This document shows positions 18,154-27,990 of a stretch of 64,000 bases of DNA, piece by piece. A program made the position numbers and the translations under genes. The stretch's first letter is position 1. Each line of letters begins with the position of its first letter. This DNA is from an uncultured archaeon. GTDB taxonomy: Archaea > Nanohalarchaeota > Nanosalinia > Nanosalinales > Nanosalinaceae. The notes below the pieces were generated by a model. It made no database searches and was not told the origin of the DNA. It saw nothing but the letters and a program-made list of their open reading frames with translations. The stretch is taken from NCBI GenBank assembly GCA_964421955.1, contig CAYQYU010000004.1:1-64000 (forward strand), written 5' to 3'.

Positions 18154-19308
18154 CTATTGATCAACACCTGTTTCTATAGCCGCCTCTTTAACCCTTTCCG
18201 CAATCTCCATCGCCAGCTGTTTGTCGAGCGTCTCTGGGACGATGCTATCTTTCTCAGGCTCCTTGAATTCCGCGATTGCCTCCGATGCCGCTATCTTCAT
18301 CTCCTCGTTGACCTCAGAAGCACGGGCATCAAGAGCACCCCTGAAAACCCCTGGAAACGCGAGAGAGTTGTTGACCTGGTTGTCGAAATCAGATCTTCCC
18401 GTCGCGGTAATCGCGGCTCCAGCCTCTTTTGCATCGTCTGGCAGAATCTCAGGATCTGGGTTCGCGAGTGCGAAAACGATGGCATCATCATTCATCGACC
18501 CCACCATCTCCTTCGAGACTATCCCGGCAGCAGAAAGACCGATCAGGACATCGGCACCCTCAATCGCGTCCTCCATATCTCCTGATTCTTCAGCCGCGAG
18601 CGTCTTCTCAGCCAGCTCCCGCTTGTATTCATTCCCTTCATTTGTCCTGAGTATCCCCGACGAGTCCACCGGGACAACATTTTCGGCCCCTGCATCGATC
18701 ATGAAGTTCGAGACCGCGATTCCCGAGGCTCCTGCTCCTATGACCGCGATCCTTGAATCCTCCAGATCTTTCCCCACAAGATCCAGCGCATTTTTGAGCG
18801 CGGCGCCAACCACAATTGCGGTGCCGTGCTGGTCGTCATGGAACACAGGGATATCGAGCTTTTCATCGAGCTCCCGCTCGATCCGGAAGCATTTCGGCGC
18901 CTGAATGTCCTCAAGATTTATTCCGCCGAACGTCGGCGCGAGCGCCTCAATATGCGCCATCAGGTCCTCCTCATTATCCACATCAAGTACCAGGGGGAAG
19001 CCGTCAACCTCTCCAAACTTCTTCATAAGGTTGGCCTTACCCTCCATCACAGGCATCGAGGCCTCCGGACCGATATCGCCGAGGCCGAGAACCGCGCTCC
19101 CGTCCGAGACAACCGCTACCATATTGCCTTTCGAAGTATAAGTGTAGACGTTCTCGCAGTCCTTCTCTATCTCTTTACAGGGTTCTGCTACGCCCGGGGT
19201 GTAAACCAGGTCCAGGTCCTTCCTAGATTGGATTTCCACGGATGCCTCGACCGATATCTTTCCCGGGTTTTTCGAGTGAAGTTCCAGCGCCTCTTCTCTA
19301 TCAACCAT
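18154..19308 (-). CDS. NAD(P)-dependent malic enzyme
   Basis: [44 protein letters not shown]. Confidence 0.95.
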   Translation of the reverse strand: MVDREEALELHSKNPGKISVEASVEIQSRKDLDLVYTPGVAEPCKEIEKDCENVYTYTSKGNMVAVVSDGSAVLGLGDIGPEASMPVMEGKANLMKKFGEVDGFPLVLDVDNEEDLMAHIEALAPTFGGINLEDIQAPKCFRIERELDEKLDIPVFHDDQHGTAIVVGAALKNALDLVGKDLEDSRIAVIGAGASGIAVSNFMIDAGAENVVPVDSSGILRTNEGNEYKRELAEKTLAAEESGDMEDAIEGADVLIGLSAAGIVSKEMVGSMNDDAIVFALANPDPEILPDDAKEAGAAITATGRSDFDNQVNNSLAFPGVFRGALDARASEVNEEMKIAASEAIAEFKEPEKDSIVPETLDKQLAMEIAERVKEAAIETGVDQ

Positions 19309-19348
19309 GGACTGTTAGTGCCCGCTTACTTTCTAATCCCTTTCGACC

Positions 19349-20437
19349 TTACCCGAAGGTAAACGTGTAGGCCTCAACAGCTCCATCGGCAACGGAGACC
19401 TTCAGCGTATGGCTGCCGTAATTCTGGTTCTGGACTATGCGGTAGAGTCTCTCACCGTCCACGGTCACGTAGTTGACGCGCTCGCCGTCCTGTACAACAG
19501 CCAGCTCGGTCTGGTGTCCGTTGAGAACCATGTTGACGTTCCTGGCTCGATACTTCAGCAGGATTGATCCTCCCTTCGAGGCCGTGGCATGTTCTCTACC
19601 TATCACCCATTCACCGTCGAGGTAGAGCCTGTTCCGCCTCATGTTTTCCGGTAAGGAAAAATTGAACCTTCCTATAGTGTTCTGTGGGCCGTTCGCCAGC
19701 CTGTTGTTCCTCCATGCACCGAAGTATATCTCCGGGGTACCTATCCTTCTTGGATCAATATCCGTGGTGTCGTGATCTTTCTGGTCGATCTCCCTGACCG
19801 AGTCCTCGTCAACAGGATTATCGATTCCCAGTCTCTGCTTCCTCTCTTCCAGTAGCTCGACTATCTTGTCTTCCGTCTCTTTATACGCGCCCTCTCCTAT
19901 ATGCTCGTACCGGATGAAACCATCGATACCGATCAGGTACTTCTGGGGCCAGTACCTGTTATTATACGCGCTCCAGGTCCCGTGCTCGTTGTCCATCACC
20001 ACCGGGTAAGTGATATTGAAACGCTTGACCGCCTCCTCGACATTCGACCGCTTCTTCTCGAACTCGAACTCGGGAGCGTGGTTACCGATCACGAGTAGAC
20101 CGTCGTCCTTGTACTTGCGGTGCCACTCCTTGATTTGTGGAAGCGTTCTCTGGCAGTTGATGCAGCTGTAGGTCCACATGTCGAGAAGGATTACTTTGTC
20201 GCCGATGTTGTCCTGGATCGAGACGTTGCGGTTGATGAAGCCTGAAGGATTGTTTAGAGGTTTAGCCCTCTCGTACATTGAGCTCTTCTGGTCGATCACC
20301 TCCTGTTTTGTATCCTCGGAGAGATTCACGCTCCTGAAGTCGCCGCTGTTCCGAACATCCTGGAACGAGCTGAACGCCGCGAACAGCAGAACCGCGAAAA
20401 CGAGAAGGAGCTGCAGAGGCTTGTTGACCTCTATCAC
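19349..20437 (-). CDS. Membrane-anchored thioredoxin-like protein (DipZ C-terminal type)
   Basis: WTYSCINCQRTLP, H.PEF.FEK, N.YWP, GEGAY, TPEIYFG, C-terminal AYTFTFG. Confidence 0.9.
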   Translation of the reverse strand: MIEVNKPLQLLLVFAVLLFAAFSSFQDVRNSGDFRSVNLSEDTKQEVIDQKSSMYERAKPLNNPSGFINRNVSIQDNIGDKVILLDMWTYSCINCQRTLPQIKEWHRKYKDDGLLVIGNHAPEFEFEKKRSNVEEAVKRFNITYPVVMDNEHGTWSAYNNRYWPQKYLIGIDGFIRYEHIGEGAYKETEDKIVELLEERKQRLGIDNPVDEDSVREIDQKDHDTTDIDPRRIGTPEIYFGAWRNNRLANGPQNTIGRFNFSLPENMRRNRLYLDGEWVIGREHATASKGGSILLKYRARNVNMVLNGHQTELAVVQDGERVNYVTVDGERLYRIVQNQNYGSHTLKVSVADGAVEAYTFTFG

Positions 20438-21138
20438 AGCAGCACCTCGTTGAGTATCTCGAGGTTTGCGACAAGCTCTAGGTTCTGGGTCATTATCAGG
20501 AATCCCAGCGCTATCATGATGTAGCCGAAGAATATGCGCAGCTTCACGATCCTGTCCATGTTCGCATTGATCTTCTCCATTATCCGGTCAGGGAACGCAC
20601 CCACCAGGAGGAAAGGTGTTCCTATTCCAACCGAGTAGGCTGTCAGGAACACGAAGGCCGATCCAGGGCTTGCAGAGGCTAGCGCAAAGATTCCTCCGAG
20701 TATCGGTCCGACACAAGGCGTCCAGCCTACTGCGAAAGCGCCTCCGAGCAGAAGGGAAGCGAGGTAGCCGGTTCCAAAGTCCGAGTCGAGGCCGCCGCCG
20801 TATTCTTTCTGTAGAGCCCTGAATTCGACTATATCGGCGAGATGCAATCCGAAAAGGACTATCGCGGTGCCGGCGACTATCGAGAGGTAACCGAGCAGCT
20901 GTGTTCCGATCGATTCCAGGAACGAGTTTATCAAAACCCCCAGGATTCCGAAGACTATCGAGAAGCCGAGGACGAAGAAAAGCGCGGTGAAGAACATCTT
21001 CTTACGGTCAATTTCCCCTTCAAGATTTGTGCCCGACATGTGGGCTATGAACGCAGGCACCACTGGCAACATGCAGGGCGAGAGAAACGATACAAGTCCT
21101 GCGAAAAAAGAGAATATAATGGTTGGTTCAGACGCCAC
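20434..21138 (-). CDS. ccdA: CcdA/DsbD-family membrane disulfide reductase
   Basis: SFLSPCMLP and WTPCVGPIL motifs. Confidence 0.92.
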   Translation of the reverse strand: MASEPTIIFSFFAGLVSFLSPCMLPVVPAFIAHMSGTNLEGEIDRKKMFFTALFFVLGFSIVFGILGVLINSFLESIGTQLLGYLSIVAGTAIVLFGLHLADIVEFRALQKEYGGGLDSDFGTGYLASLLLGGAFAVGWTPCVGPILGGIFALASASPGSAFVFLTAYSVGIGTPFLLVGAFPDRIMEKINANMDRIVKLRIFFGYIMIALGFLIMTQNLELVANLEILNEVLL

Positions 21139-21153
21139 TTTCTCTCACCAGTA

Positions 21154-21477
21154 CTATTTCTCCATGCTCCCTTCTGAACCTTTCTCCATCGAGCCGTCCA
21201 TGCTGTCCATAGAATCTGTGGAATCGTTTGAACCGGAATCCATAGCGCCATCATCGCTCATAGAATCGCCCTCCATGCTGTCGTCTTCCATCGCCATGGA
21301 ATCTCCATCATCACTTGCCATAGCGTCTCCTGCATCATGGCCTCTCGAATCTCCAGATTCCTTGCTCATCGATCCATCAGCAGCTATTCCTGCAGCCATC
21401 ACAACGGAGAACCCTATCAAAACAACCAGACCTACCATTACTGTGGATCTGTGTTCCGTGTAAAACTCTTTCATCAT
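21154..21477 (-). CDS. Membrane-anchored Met/Asp/Ser-rich low-complexity protein
   Basis: N-terminal TM helix followed by DSM/DGSM repeats. Confidence 0.8.
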   Translation of the reverse strand: MMKEFYTEHRSTVMVGLVVLIGFSVVMAAGIAADGSMSKESGDSRGHDAGDAMASDDGDSMAMEDDSMEGDSMSDDGAMDSGSNDSTDSMDSMDGSMEKGSEGSMEK

Positions 21478-21512
21478 ACGGTTTAATGAGGTCACGGCCG
21501 CTTTTTAACAAA

Positions 21513-21543
21513 TTCCAGAATCTTTCCCAGATTCGTCCCGGAT
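21513..21543 (-). promoter_or_regulatory. Three direct repeats (ATCYGGGA-like, 11-bp period) just upstream of a TATA-like box
   Basis: Minus strand ATCCGGGACGA-ATCTGGGAAAG-ATTCTGGAATT then TTAAAAAG about 28 nt before the ATG. Confidence 0.55.
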
Positions 21544-21544
21544 T

Positions 21545-21826
21545 CTAGTTCCTCCAGGTAATGAACCCTAGAACAACCAGGGATGCGGTTTCCAGGGCCC
21601 TCAGCACCATCACCTGCATCGCGACCTTGTCAGCGTAGAAGCCCATCATCGTAATATTGAAGTAGAAGGCCAGCGCGTTCTCCACCAGTAAAAGCGAGGC
21701 GAATACCAAAAGGCCGAGGGAGAACTTTGAGCTAAGCTCGCGGTAGTTGATCGCGTAGACGTAGATCAGCGATCCGAGTATCCCTATGTTTACTCCCGAG
21801 AGAATTATCGCGGCTTTTGTGATCAT
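21545..21826 (-). CDS. Small 3-TM membrane protein coupled to the regulator
   Basis: Hydrophobic 93 aa directly downstream of the wHTH gene. Confidence 0.8.
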   Translation of the reverse strand: MITKAAIILSGVNIGILGSLIYVYAINYRELSSKFSLGLLVFASLLLVENALAFYFNITMMGFYADKVAMQVMVLRALETASLVVLGFITWRN

Positions 21827-21829
21827 TGT

Positions 21830-22144
21830 TTATTCATTACCTCCCGACCTATTATCTACCTTTTCCCAGATCTCCTCCAGAACATCCTGGTTCTGCTCCA
21901 TCATCTCGGTGAAACGGTACATTTCGCCGTAGTCCTGTTTGTCCGACTCGACAAGCCCGTTGTCCTCCAGCTTTTCAAGGTGGTACGTCACGGTCTTGTA
22001 GTCCAGACCCAGGTTCTCCGACAGCTGGTTCGGGTTAAAAGGTCGATTCCGCAGCTCGTTCAGTATCCTCGCCCGGGTTTTCCCACCTCTGGTTCCTCCG
22101 AGCAGATGCCACAGCAGGGATTTGAAGTCGCGGCCGAAACTCAC
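21830..22144 (-). CDS. ArsR-like winged-helix transcription regulator
   Basis: LWHLLGGTRGG.TR.RI..L..RP.N.NQLS..LGLDYKTV.YHL..L. Confidence 0.9.
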   Translation of the reverse strand: MSFGRDFKSLLWHLLGGTRGGKTRARILNELRNRPFNPNQLSENLGLDYKTVTYHLEKLEDNGLVESDKQDYGEMYRFTEMMEQNQDVLEEIWEKVDNRSGGNE

Positions 22145-22181
22145 ACCAAAGAACTACTGAACGAGGATTTATACAAATTCG

Positions 22182-24221
22182 TTAATCTCCCAGCTCAACC
22201 TCGATATCGGTGACGTACGCTTTCTCACCCTGGAGAACTACCGGGTTCAGGTCGATTGACTGGATCTCCTCATGGTTTAGGCCGATCTCTCCAAGCTTAA
22301 TGATCGCGTCCTTTACGGCTTCGAGCGAGACATCCTGATTCCGAGCGCCTTCAAACATTTCATGGCTCTTGAGCTGCTCTATCATGAGTTCTGCCTCCTC
22401 CTCGCTGATCGGTGCGATGCCGAAAGATACGTCCCGTAGGACCTCGACATAGATTCCGCCGAGGCCGACCATCACTGTCGGCCCGAACTGCTCGTCCCTC
22501 TTCAATCCGAGCGCGACTTCCACGCCTTCAAGCTCCTCCTGGACAAGTATACCCTTGATCTCTGAGCCCGGAGCATCGTGGTGGACGCTGTCAACTATGT
22601 CGTGGAACTCCTGCTTAAGCTCCTTCTTCGAATCCACCCCTGTCTTCACGCCGCCGATATCCGTCTTGTGAGATATATCCGGCGAGTCGACCTTCAGCAC
22701 TACAGGATAGCCCACGTTAGAGGCCGCCTCGACCGCGTTGTTCGGGGCCGGCGCAAGCTCTGTAAGCGCTATATCAAAACCGTAGGCCTTCAGGAGCTTC
22801 TCACCGTCCTCGAAATCACTGTAATTTTCTAGAGCGGATGCCGCCTTTTCTTCCTCGTATCCGACATCTCTAAGTGTCCTGTTACGATCGAGGAATTTCC
22901 GGTAACTATCCATAGCCTTCAGCACCTTTACCGCGTCCATGGGATCCTGGAAATCGGGAATACCGTTCTGCTCCAGTATTTCTATTCCCGGCGCAACGTC
23001 TTCCTCACCCATGAAAGACGCCATCACCGGCTTATCGTATTCCCCGGAAACTTTCGCGATCGTCTTCGCCGTCTTCTTTATCTCGGTGTTGGCCTGGGGC
23101 GTCAGTATCACGATAACCGAGTCCACGTTCTCATCCTCCAGGACTGCCTCGAGGGCGTCCCTGTAACGGTCATGGCCCGCATCTCCGATAACATCCATCG
23201 GGTTGTCCGGCATCGCCTCGTCCGGCATCGCCTCCTTTAACTTTCCCCTAGTCTCCGAAGAAAGTGATGCGAGCTCCAGGCCGTGCTCCGAAACCTCGTC
23301 AGTTGTGACGACTCCCGGTCCTCCTGCATTCGTAACTATCGCAACTCTGTCGCCTGAAGGCAGTGGCTGGTAGTCAAATGCGCGGCCATAGTCGAGCAGC
23401 TCCCGGTTTGACTCCGCCTCTACAATCCCGGACTGTCGGAACGCAGCCTTATACGCCTCGTAGCTCCCGGCGATGCTTCCCGTGTGAGACGAGGCGGCGC
23501 TTCCGCCCTCCTCACTCCTGCCGGACTTTATCATCACGATTGGTTTTTCCGCAGAAACCTCCCGGGCTTTTTCCAGGAACTCGCGGCCGTTCTCTATGCC
23601 CTCCGTGTATCCAAGTATGGTATCTGTTTCATCGTCGAGCCAGTGTTCCAGAAAGTCTACCTCGTTCAGCATCGCCTTGTTTCCAAGTGAGACAAAGTGG
23701 CGAAAGCCGATGTGCTCAGCCTTCGCGTAATCCAGTATCGCGGTACAGAACGCCCCGCTCTGCGACATGAAACTTATCGATCCCTCCTCTGGCATCTTCG
23801 ACGCAAATGAGGCGTTCATCGAGTTCTCAGTATTTATGAGTCCGAGAACGTTCGGGCCGAGTAACGCAAGTCCATGATCCTCGCAGATCTCAAGTATATT
23901 TTGCTCTCGCTGTTCATTACCTGTCTCCGAAAAGCCCGCAGAGATAACAATTGCCGCATCAACATTTTTCTCGCCCGCATCCTCTAGGACCCGGGGAACA
24001 ATCCGGGAAGGTACTGCGACAACCATCAGATCTGTATCACCCGGGGTCTCGTCGAGCGCCTCCACGCCGTGGACCTTGTCCGCATTCGGGTTGACAGGCA
24101 CCACTTCTCCTTCAAAATCGTGTAGGAGATTGTCGAAAACTTCGTGGCCGGTCTTTCCCTCCTCTCTAGATGCGCCAACAACCGCGACCTTTTCGGGCTT
24201 GAAGAGCGGATCCAGATCCAT
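22182..24221 (-). CDS. acdAB: ADP-forming acetate-CoA ligase (fused alpha/beta)
   Basis: VAVVGAS, GPNVLG, SQSGA, SHTGSIAG, NPMDV.GDA; C-terminal ATP-grasp (HKTDIGGV). Confidence 0.93.
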   Translation of the reverse strand: MDLDPLFKPEKVAVVGASREEGKTGHEVFDNLLHDFEGEVVPVNPNADKVHGVEALDETPGDTDLMVVAVPSRIVPRVLEDAGEKNVDAAIVISAGFSETGNEQREQNILEICEDHGLALLGPNVLGLINTENSMNASFASKMPEEGSISFMSQSGAFCTAILDYAKAEHIGFRHFVSLGNKAMLNEVDFLEHWLDDETDTILGYTEGIENGREFLEKAREVSAEKPIVMIKSGRSEEGGSAASSHTGSIAGSYEAYKAAFRQSGIVEAESNRELLDYGRAFDYQPLPSGDRVAIVTNAGGPGVVTTDEVSEHGLELASLSSETRGKLKEAMPDEAMPDNPMDVIGDAGHDRYRDALEAVLEDENVDSVIVILTPQANTEIKKTAKTIAKVSGEYDKPVMASFMGEEDVAPGIEILEQNGIPDFQDPMDAVKVLKAMDSYRKFLDRNRTLRDVGYEEEKAASALENYSDFEDGEKLLKAYGFDIALTELAPAPNNAVEAASNVGYPVVLKVDSPDISHKTDIGGVKTGVDSKKELKQEFHDIVDSVHHDAPGSEIKGILVQEELEGVEVALGLKRDEQFGPTVMVGLGGIYVEVLRDVSFGIAPISEEEAELMIEQLKSHEMFEGARNQDVSLEAVKDAIIKLGEIGLNHEEIQSIDLNPVVLQGEKAYVTDIEVELGD

Positions 24222-24321
24222 ATACTGGACTAACGTCTCGCGGGGATTAATAGCTTGGTAAAGTCACCACAGAGTGGCAAACCACCCTTTTTATTCGAGC
24301 ATCAAGTCTACCAATAATATA

Positions 24322-25374
24322 ATGAGTCGTGAAGAGGTTTACTCGGGTTCTATACAGAAGATAGAGGTGCTGGAAGGTGACGAGGATGTGCCTGATGTCG
24401 GAGAAGAAGAACTCAGGGAACTCTATAAACAGATGATGCTCGCCAGGAAATTCGATGAGAAAGCTTTTGCGCTGCAGAGGCGTGGAGAGATTTCTACATA
24501 CGCCCCTCACAAGGGACAGGAGGCTGCCCAGATCGGTGCGATGTTTGCGCTGAACGATGAAGACTGGATGGTTCCCTCGTTCAGAGAAACCGCGGCCTTT
24601 ATCGCCAGAGGTGCGCCACTCGAAAAGATATTCCGGCGATGGATGGGAGACGCCAACGGCCAGAAAGGTCTTGCCGATCTGAACACTTTGCCGGTCGCTA
24701 TTCCTGTCGGGACCCAGAACCTGCACGTCGCGGGACTCGGGATGGCGATGGAGAAGCGCGGAGACGATAAAGCAGTCCTAGGATTCACAGGAGACGGATC
24801 GACCAGCGAGGGAGACTTCCACGAGGCGCTGAACTTCTCGGGCGTATTTAATGCTCACTCGATTTTCCTCGTCCAGAACAACCAGTATGCGATCTCGCTC
24901 CCGCGGGAAAAACAGACCCGATCGGAAACAATTGCGCAGAAAGCTATTGCCTACGGAATCGACGGCATACAGGTCGATGGAAACGATATTCTCGCCGTGA
25001 TAAAAGCAGTTCGGGAGGCTCTGGAGAAGGCCAGGAGCGGGGATCCAGTACTTATAGAAGCCATTACATACCGGCTTGAAGACCACACAACATCTGACGA
25101 TTCGACCCGTTACAGGGACGAGGAAGAGGTCGAGAAATGGAAGAAGAAAGATCCTCTGGAACGGTTCCGCGAGCACCTAGAGGAAAACGATATCTGGAAC
25201 GAAGAGCTCGAGAAGTTCGAGGAAGAGGCGGAGCAAAAGATACAGGAAGCAGCCGAAACCGCGATCGAAATGGATGATCCCAGATTCGATGAGCTTTTTG
25301 ACTACGTCTATGAGGAGCTGCCCGAGTTGCTAGAGAAGGAGAAAGAGCAGCTCAGAAAGGAGGTGGAGAAATGA
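24322..25374 (+). CDS. pdhA: Pyruvate dehydrogenase E1 alpha
   Basis: GQEAAQ, GDG...EGDFHEALNF...NNQYAIS TPP motif, HTTSDD. Confidence 0.95.
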   Translation: MSREEVYSGSIQKIEVLEGDEDVPDVGEEELRELYKQMMLARKFDEKAFALQRRGEISTYAPHKGQEAAQIGAMFALNDEDWMVPSFRETAAFIARGAPLEKIFRRWMGDANGQKGLADLNTLPVAIPVGTQNLHVAGLGMAMEKRGDDKAVLGFTGDGSTSEGDFHEALNFSGVFNAHSIFLVQNNQYAISLPREKQTRSETIAQKAIAYGIDGIQVDGNDILAVIKAVREALEKARSGDPVLIEAITYRLEDHTTSDDSTRYRDEEEVEKWKKKDPLERFREHLEENDIWNEELEKFEEEAEQKIQEAAETAIEMDDPRFDELFDYVYEELPELLEKEKEQLRKEVEK

Positions 25375-25423
25375 TGACGAAAACAAGTTTTCTCGGACTC
25401 GGCAACCACGAGGCGGTAGCCAG

Positions 25424-26392
25424 ATGACCGAGAAGATGAATATTGTCGAGGCTGTAAGAGAAGCTATCCACGACGAGATGGAGGCGGACGAAAACGTCGT
25501 TGCGTACGGTGAAGACGTCGGAGAGGACGGCGGAGTATTCCGGGCCACGAAGGGGCTCCAGGAAGAGTTTGGCGAGGACCGGTGTTTCTCCTCGCCACTC
25601 GCAGAGTCAGGTATCGTCGGCACCGGGATCGGGATGTCGCTCTACGGCTTCCGTCCGGTGGTCGAAATGCAGTTCTCGGGATTCTCATACCTGGCATTCT
25701 ACCAGATCAAGGAGCACGCCGCAAGATTCAGGATCAGGAGCCGTGGCGACTACAACGTTCCGCTGACGGTCAGGGCTCCCTACGGCGGAGGAATAAACGC
25801 GCTGGAGCACCACCAAGAATCTCCGGAAACATACTTCGCACACGCCGAGGGGCTCCACGTAGTGGTTCCGTCTACACCGCAGGACACCTATTCGCTCTTA
25901 AGAAAATCCATCCAGCTCAATGATCCCGTGGTCTTCCTCGAGCCGAAGAAAACGTATAGGGCGTTCAAGCAGGAGGTTGACCGTGAAAAAGAGGTGGAGC
26001 TTGAGAAGTCTCGCGTGGTCCAGGAGGGAGACGATGTCACCCTGGTCGCATGGGGGGCGATGGTTCCTGTTGCGGAGGATGCCACGGATGAAATCGATGC
26101 GAGCGTCGAGATAGTCGATCCAAGGACCATATACCCAACCGATTTCGATACCATAGTTGAATCTGTCAGAAAAACGGGAAGGGTGATGGTGCTCCATGAG
26201 GCGCCGAAGTCCGTTGGATTCGGGGCCGAGATATCGAGCAGAATCCAGGAGAACGCCATCCTGAGCATGGAGGCGCCCGTCGAGAGAGTTACTGCGCCGG
26301 ATGTTCCCTATCCATTATACACCCTGGAAGACTTCTACATGCCCAACAAAAAACGTGCAGTAAAGGGACTGGAAAGAGTACTGGAGTTTTAA
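25424..26392 (+). CDS. pdhB: Pyruvate dehydrogenase E1 beta
   Basis: GEDVG..GGVFRAT.GL, PLAESGI, EMQF, FLEPK. Confidence 0.95.
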   Translation: MTEKMNIVEAVREAIHDEMEADENVVAYGEDVGEDGGVFRATKGLQEEFGEDRCFSSPLAESGIVGTGIGMSLYGFRPVVEMQFSGFSYLAFYQIKEHAARFRIRSRGDYNVPLTVRAPYGGGINALEHHQESPETYFAHAEGLHVVVPSTPQDTYSLLRKSIQLNDPVVFLEPKKTYRAFKQEVDREKEVELEKSRVVQEGDDVTLVAWGAMVPVAEDATDEIDASVEIVDPRTIYPTDFDTIVESVRKTGRVMVLHEAPKSVGFGAEISSRIQENAILSMEAPVERVTAPDVPYPLYTLEDFYMPNKKRAVKGLERVLEF

Positions 26393-26467
26393 CATGATCC
26401 GTAAAAACCGGAAGGAAACGGACGCCGGAGCGCTAGCGTAGAGCGTTCCCGCGTGATCAAACTTCGC

Positions 26468-27982
26468 GTGATAAGTTTGCTTGAGTTCGAGTTCCCGGAC
26501 ACCGGAGAAGGGGTTACAGAAGGAACCTTTCTCGAATGGCTGGTAGAGGAAGGAGAAGAAGTCGATGAAGACCAGGCAGTTGCGGAAGTAGAGACTGACA
26601 AGGCAGTAGTCGATGTGCCAGCGCCGGTTTCAGGAACTGTAAGAGAATTCCGGGCAGAGCCAGGTGACACCGTAAAAGTAGGAGAGGTAATAATGGTGCT
26701 CGACGACGGGTCGGGAGCGGATGAAGTAGAGAAAGAAGATAATGAGAGTTCAGATGAAACGAACAACGAGGAGGAAGATTCTGGGGATACGAGCGGCGAA
26801 GAGGAAGCGAGCGAGGAGGCTGAAACCCGGGAAAAAACCGGCGGCGAAGAAGAACCTGATACCGACATCAATACCAGAAGTGTTCTCGCGCTTCCCAGAG
26901 TCAGGAGGCTTGCGGAAGATAAAGGAGTCTCTATCTCGAAGGTCGAGGGAAGCGGGCGCGAGGGAAGAGTTACTGAGGAAGACGTGATGGAGGCGGCAGG
27001 AGAAGGTAGTGCGAAGCCCGTCGAGGAGCCCAAAGAAACGGGAGAAACTCAAGAAACAGAGCAACAGGAAACAGGAGCCACCAGTATACCTGAAGACGTG
27101 AAGGCCACTCCTGCTACCAGGAAACTGGCGCGAGAAAAAGAGGTTGACCTCGCGGCAGTTGAAGGATCCGGTCGTGGAGGAAAGATTACACGGGACGATG
27201 TACTGGAGGCCGCAGAAGGCCGGGGCGGCGGGGAAAAAGTCGATGCAGAGAAACACTCCGAACAGTCCAGCACAGAGAAGACCGGCGATGGCGAGATCGA
27301 GAGAGTTGAGATATCCGCCTCGAACAAGATCGTCGCGGAAAAGATGGCTGAGTCAAGATTTACGGCGCCGCACGTCACACATGTCGAGAAAGCTGATGTG
27401 ACGGAACTCGTGGAGCTCAGGGAGCAGAAGAAAGACGAAATTGATGCGCACCTGACCTACCTGCCTTTCATAATGAAAGCGGTACTTGTAGGACTGAAAG
27501 AGTATCCCGATCTTAACGCGGAGCTTGACGGCGAAAACGACGAGATCATCAGGAAAAAATACTACGACTTCAACATTGCCGTGGATACCGAGCGAGGCCT
27601 GAGAATCCCTGTGATAGAAGGAATAGATGACAGAACCATAGTCGAGCTCTCCCGGGAAATAGAGCAGAAAGTGGAGGAGACCCGGGAGGGAAAAATATCA
27701 AGAGAGGATATGCAGGGCGGCACCTTCTCAATCACCAATATTGGAGTTATCGGAGGGGAAGAGTTCACACCCATAATCAATCCTCCCCAGGTCGCGATAC
27801 TTGGGATCGGGAAAATAGCCGAGACGGCAGAAGTAGTTGACGGTCACGTACAGCCACGCTGGACCGTCAAACTCTCTCTTAGCTACGATCACCGCGTGGT
27901 CGATGGCGCGACCGCAGCAAGGTTCATGAACAATGTGAAAGAAAACCTCGAGGACCCGGGAGAACTCCTGATGGAGATATAG
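26468..27982 (+). CDS. pdhC: Dihydrolipoamide acetyltransferase E2 (start uncertain, GTG or TTG)
   Basis: Lipoyl ETDKA, two E3-binding domains, catalytic DHRVVDG. Confidence 0.93.
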   Translation: MISLLEFEFPDTGEGVTEGTFLEWLVEEGEEVDEDQAVAEVETDKAVVDVPAPVSGTVREFRAEPGDTVKVGEVIMVLDDGSGADEVEKEDNESSDETNNEEEDSGDTSGEEEASEEAETREKTGGEEEPDTDINTRSVLALPRVRRLAEDKGVSISKVEGSGREGRVTEEDVMEAAGEGSAKPVEEPKETGETQETEQQETGATSIPEDVKATPATRKLAREKEVDLAAVEGSGRGGKITRDDVLEAAEGRGGGEKVDAEKHSEQSSTEKTGDGEIERVEISASNKIVAEKMAESRFTAPHVTHVEKADVTELVELREQKKDEIDAHLTYLPFIMKAVLVGLKEYPDLNAELDGENDEIIRKKYYDFNIAVDTERGLRIPVIEGIDDRTIVELSREIEQKVEETREGKISREDMQGGTFSITNIGVIGGEEFTPIINPPQVAILGIGKIAETAEVVDGHVQPRWTVKLSLSYDHRVVDGATAARFMNNVKENLEDPGELLMEI

Positions 27983-27990
27983 GTGGTAAT

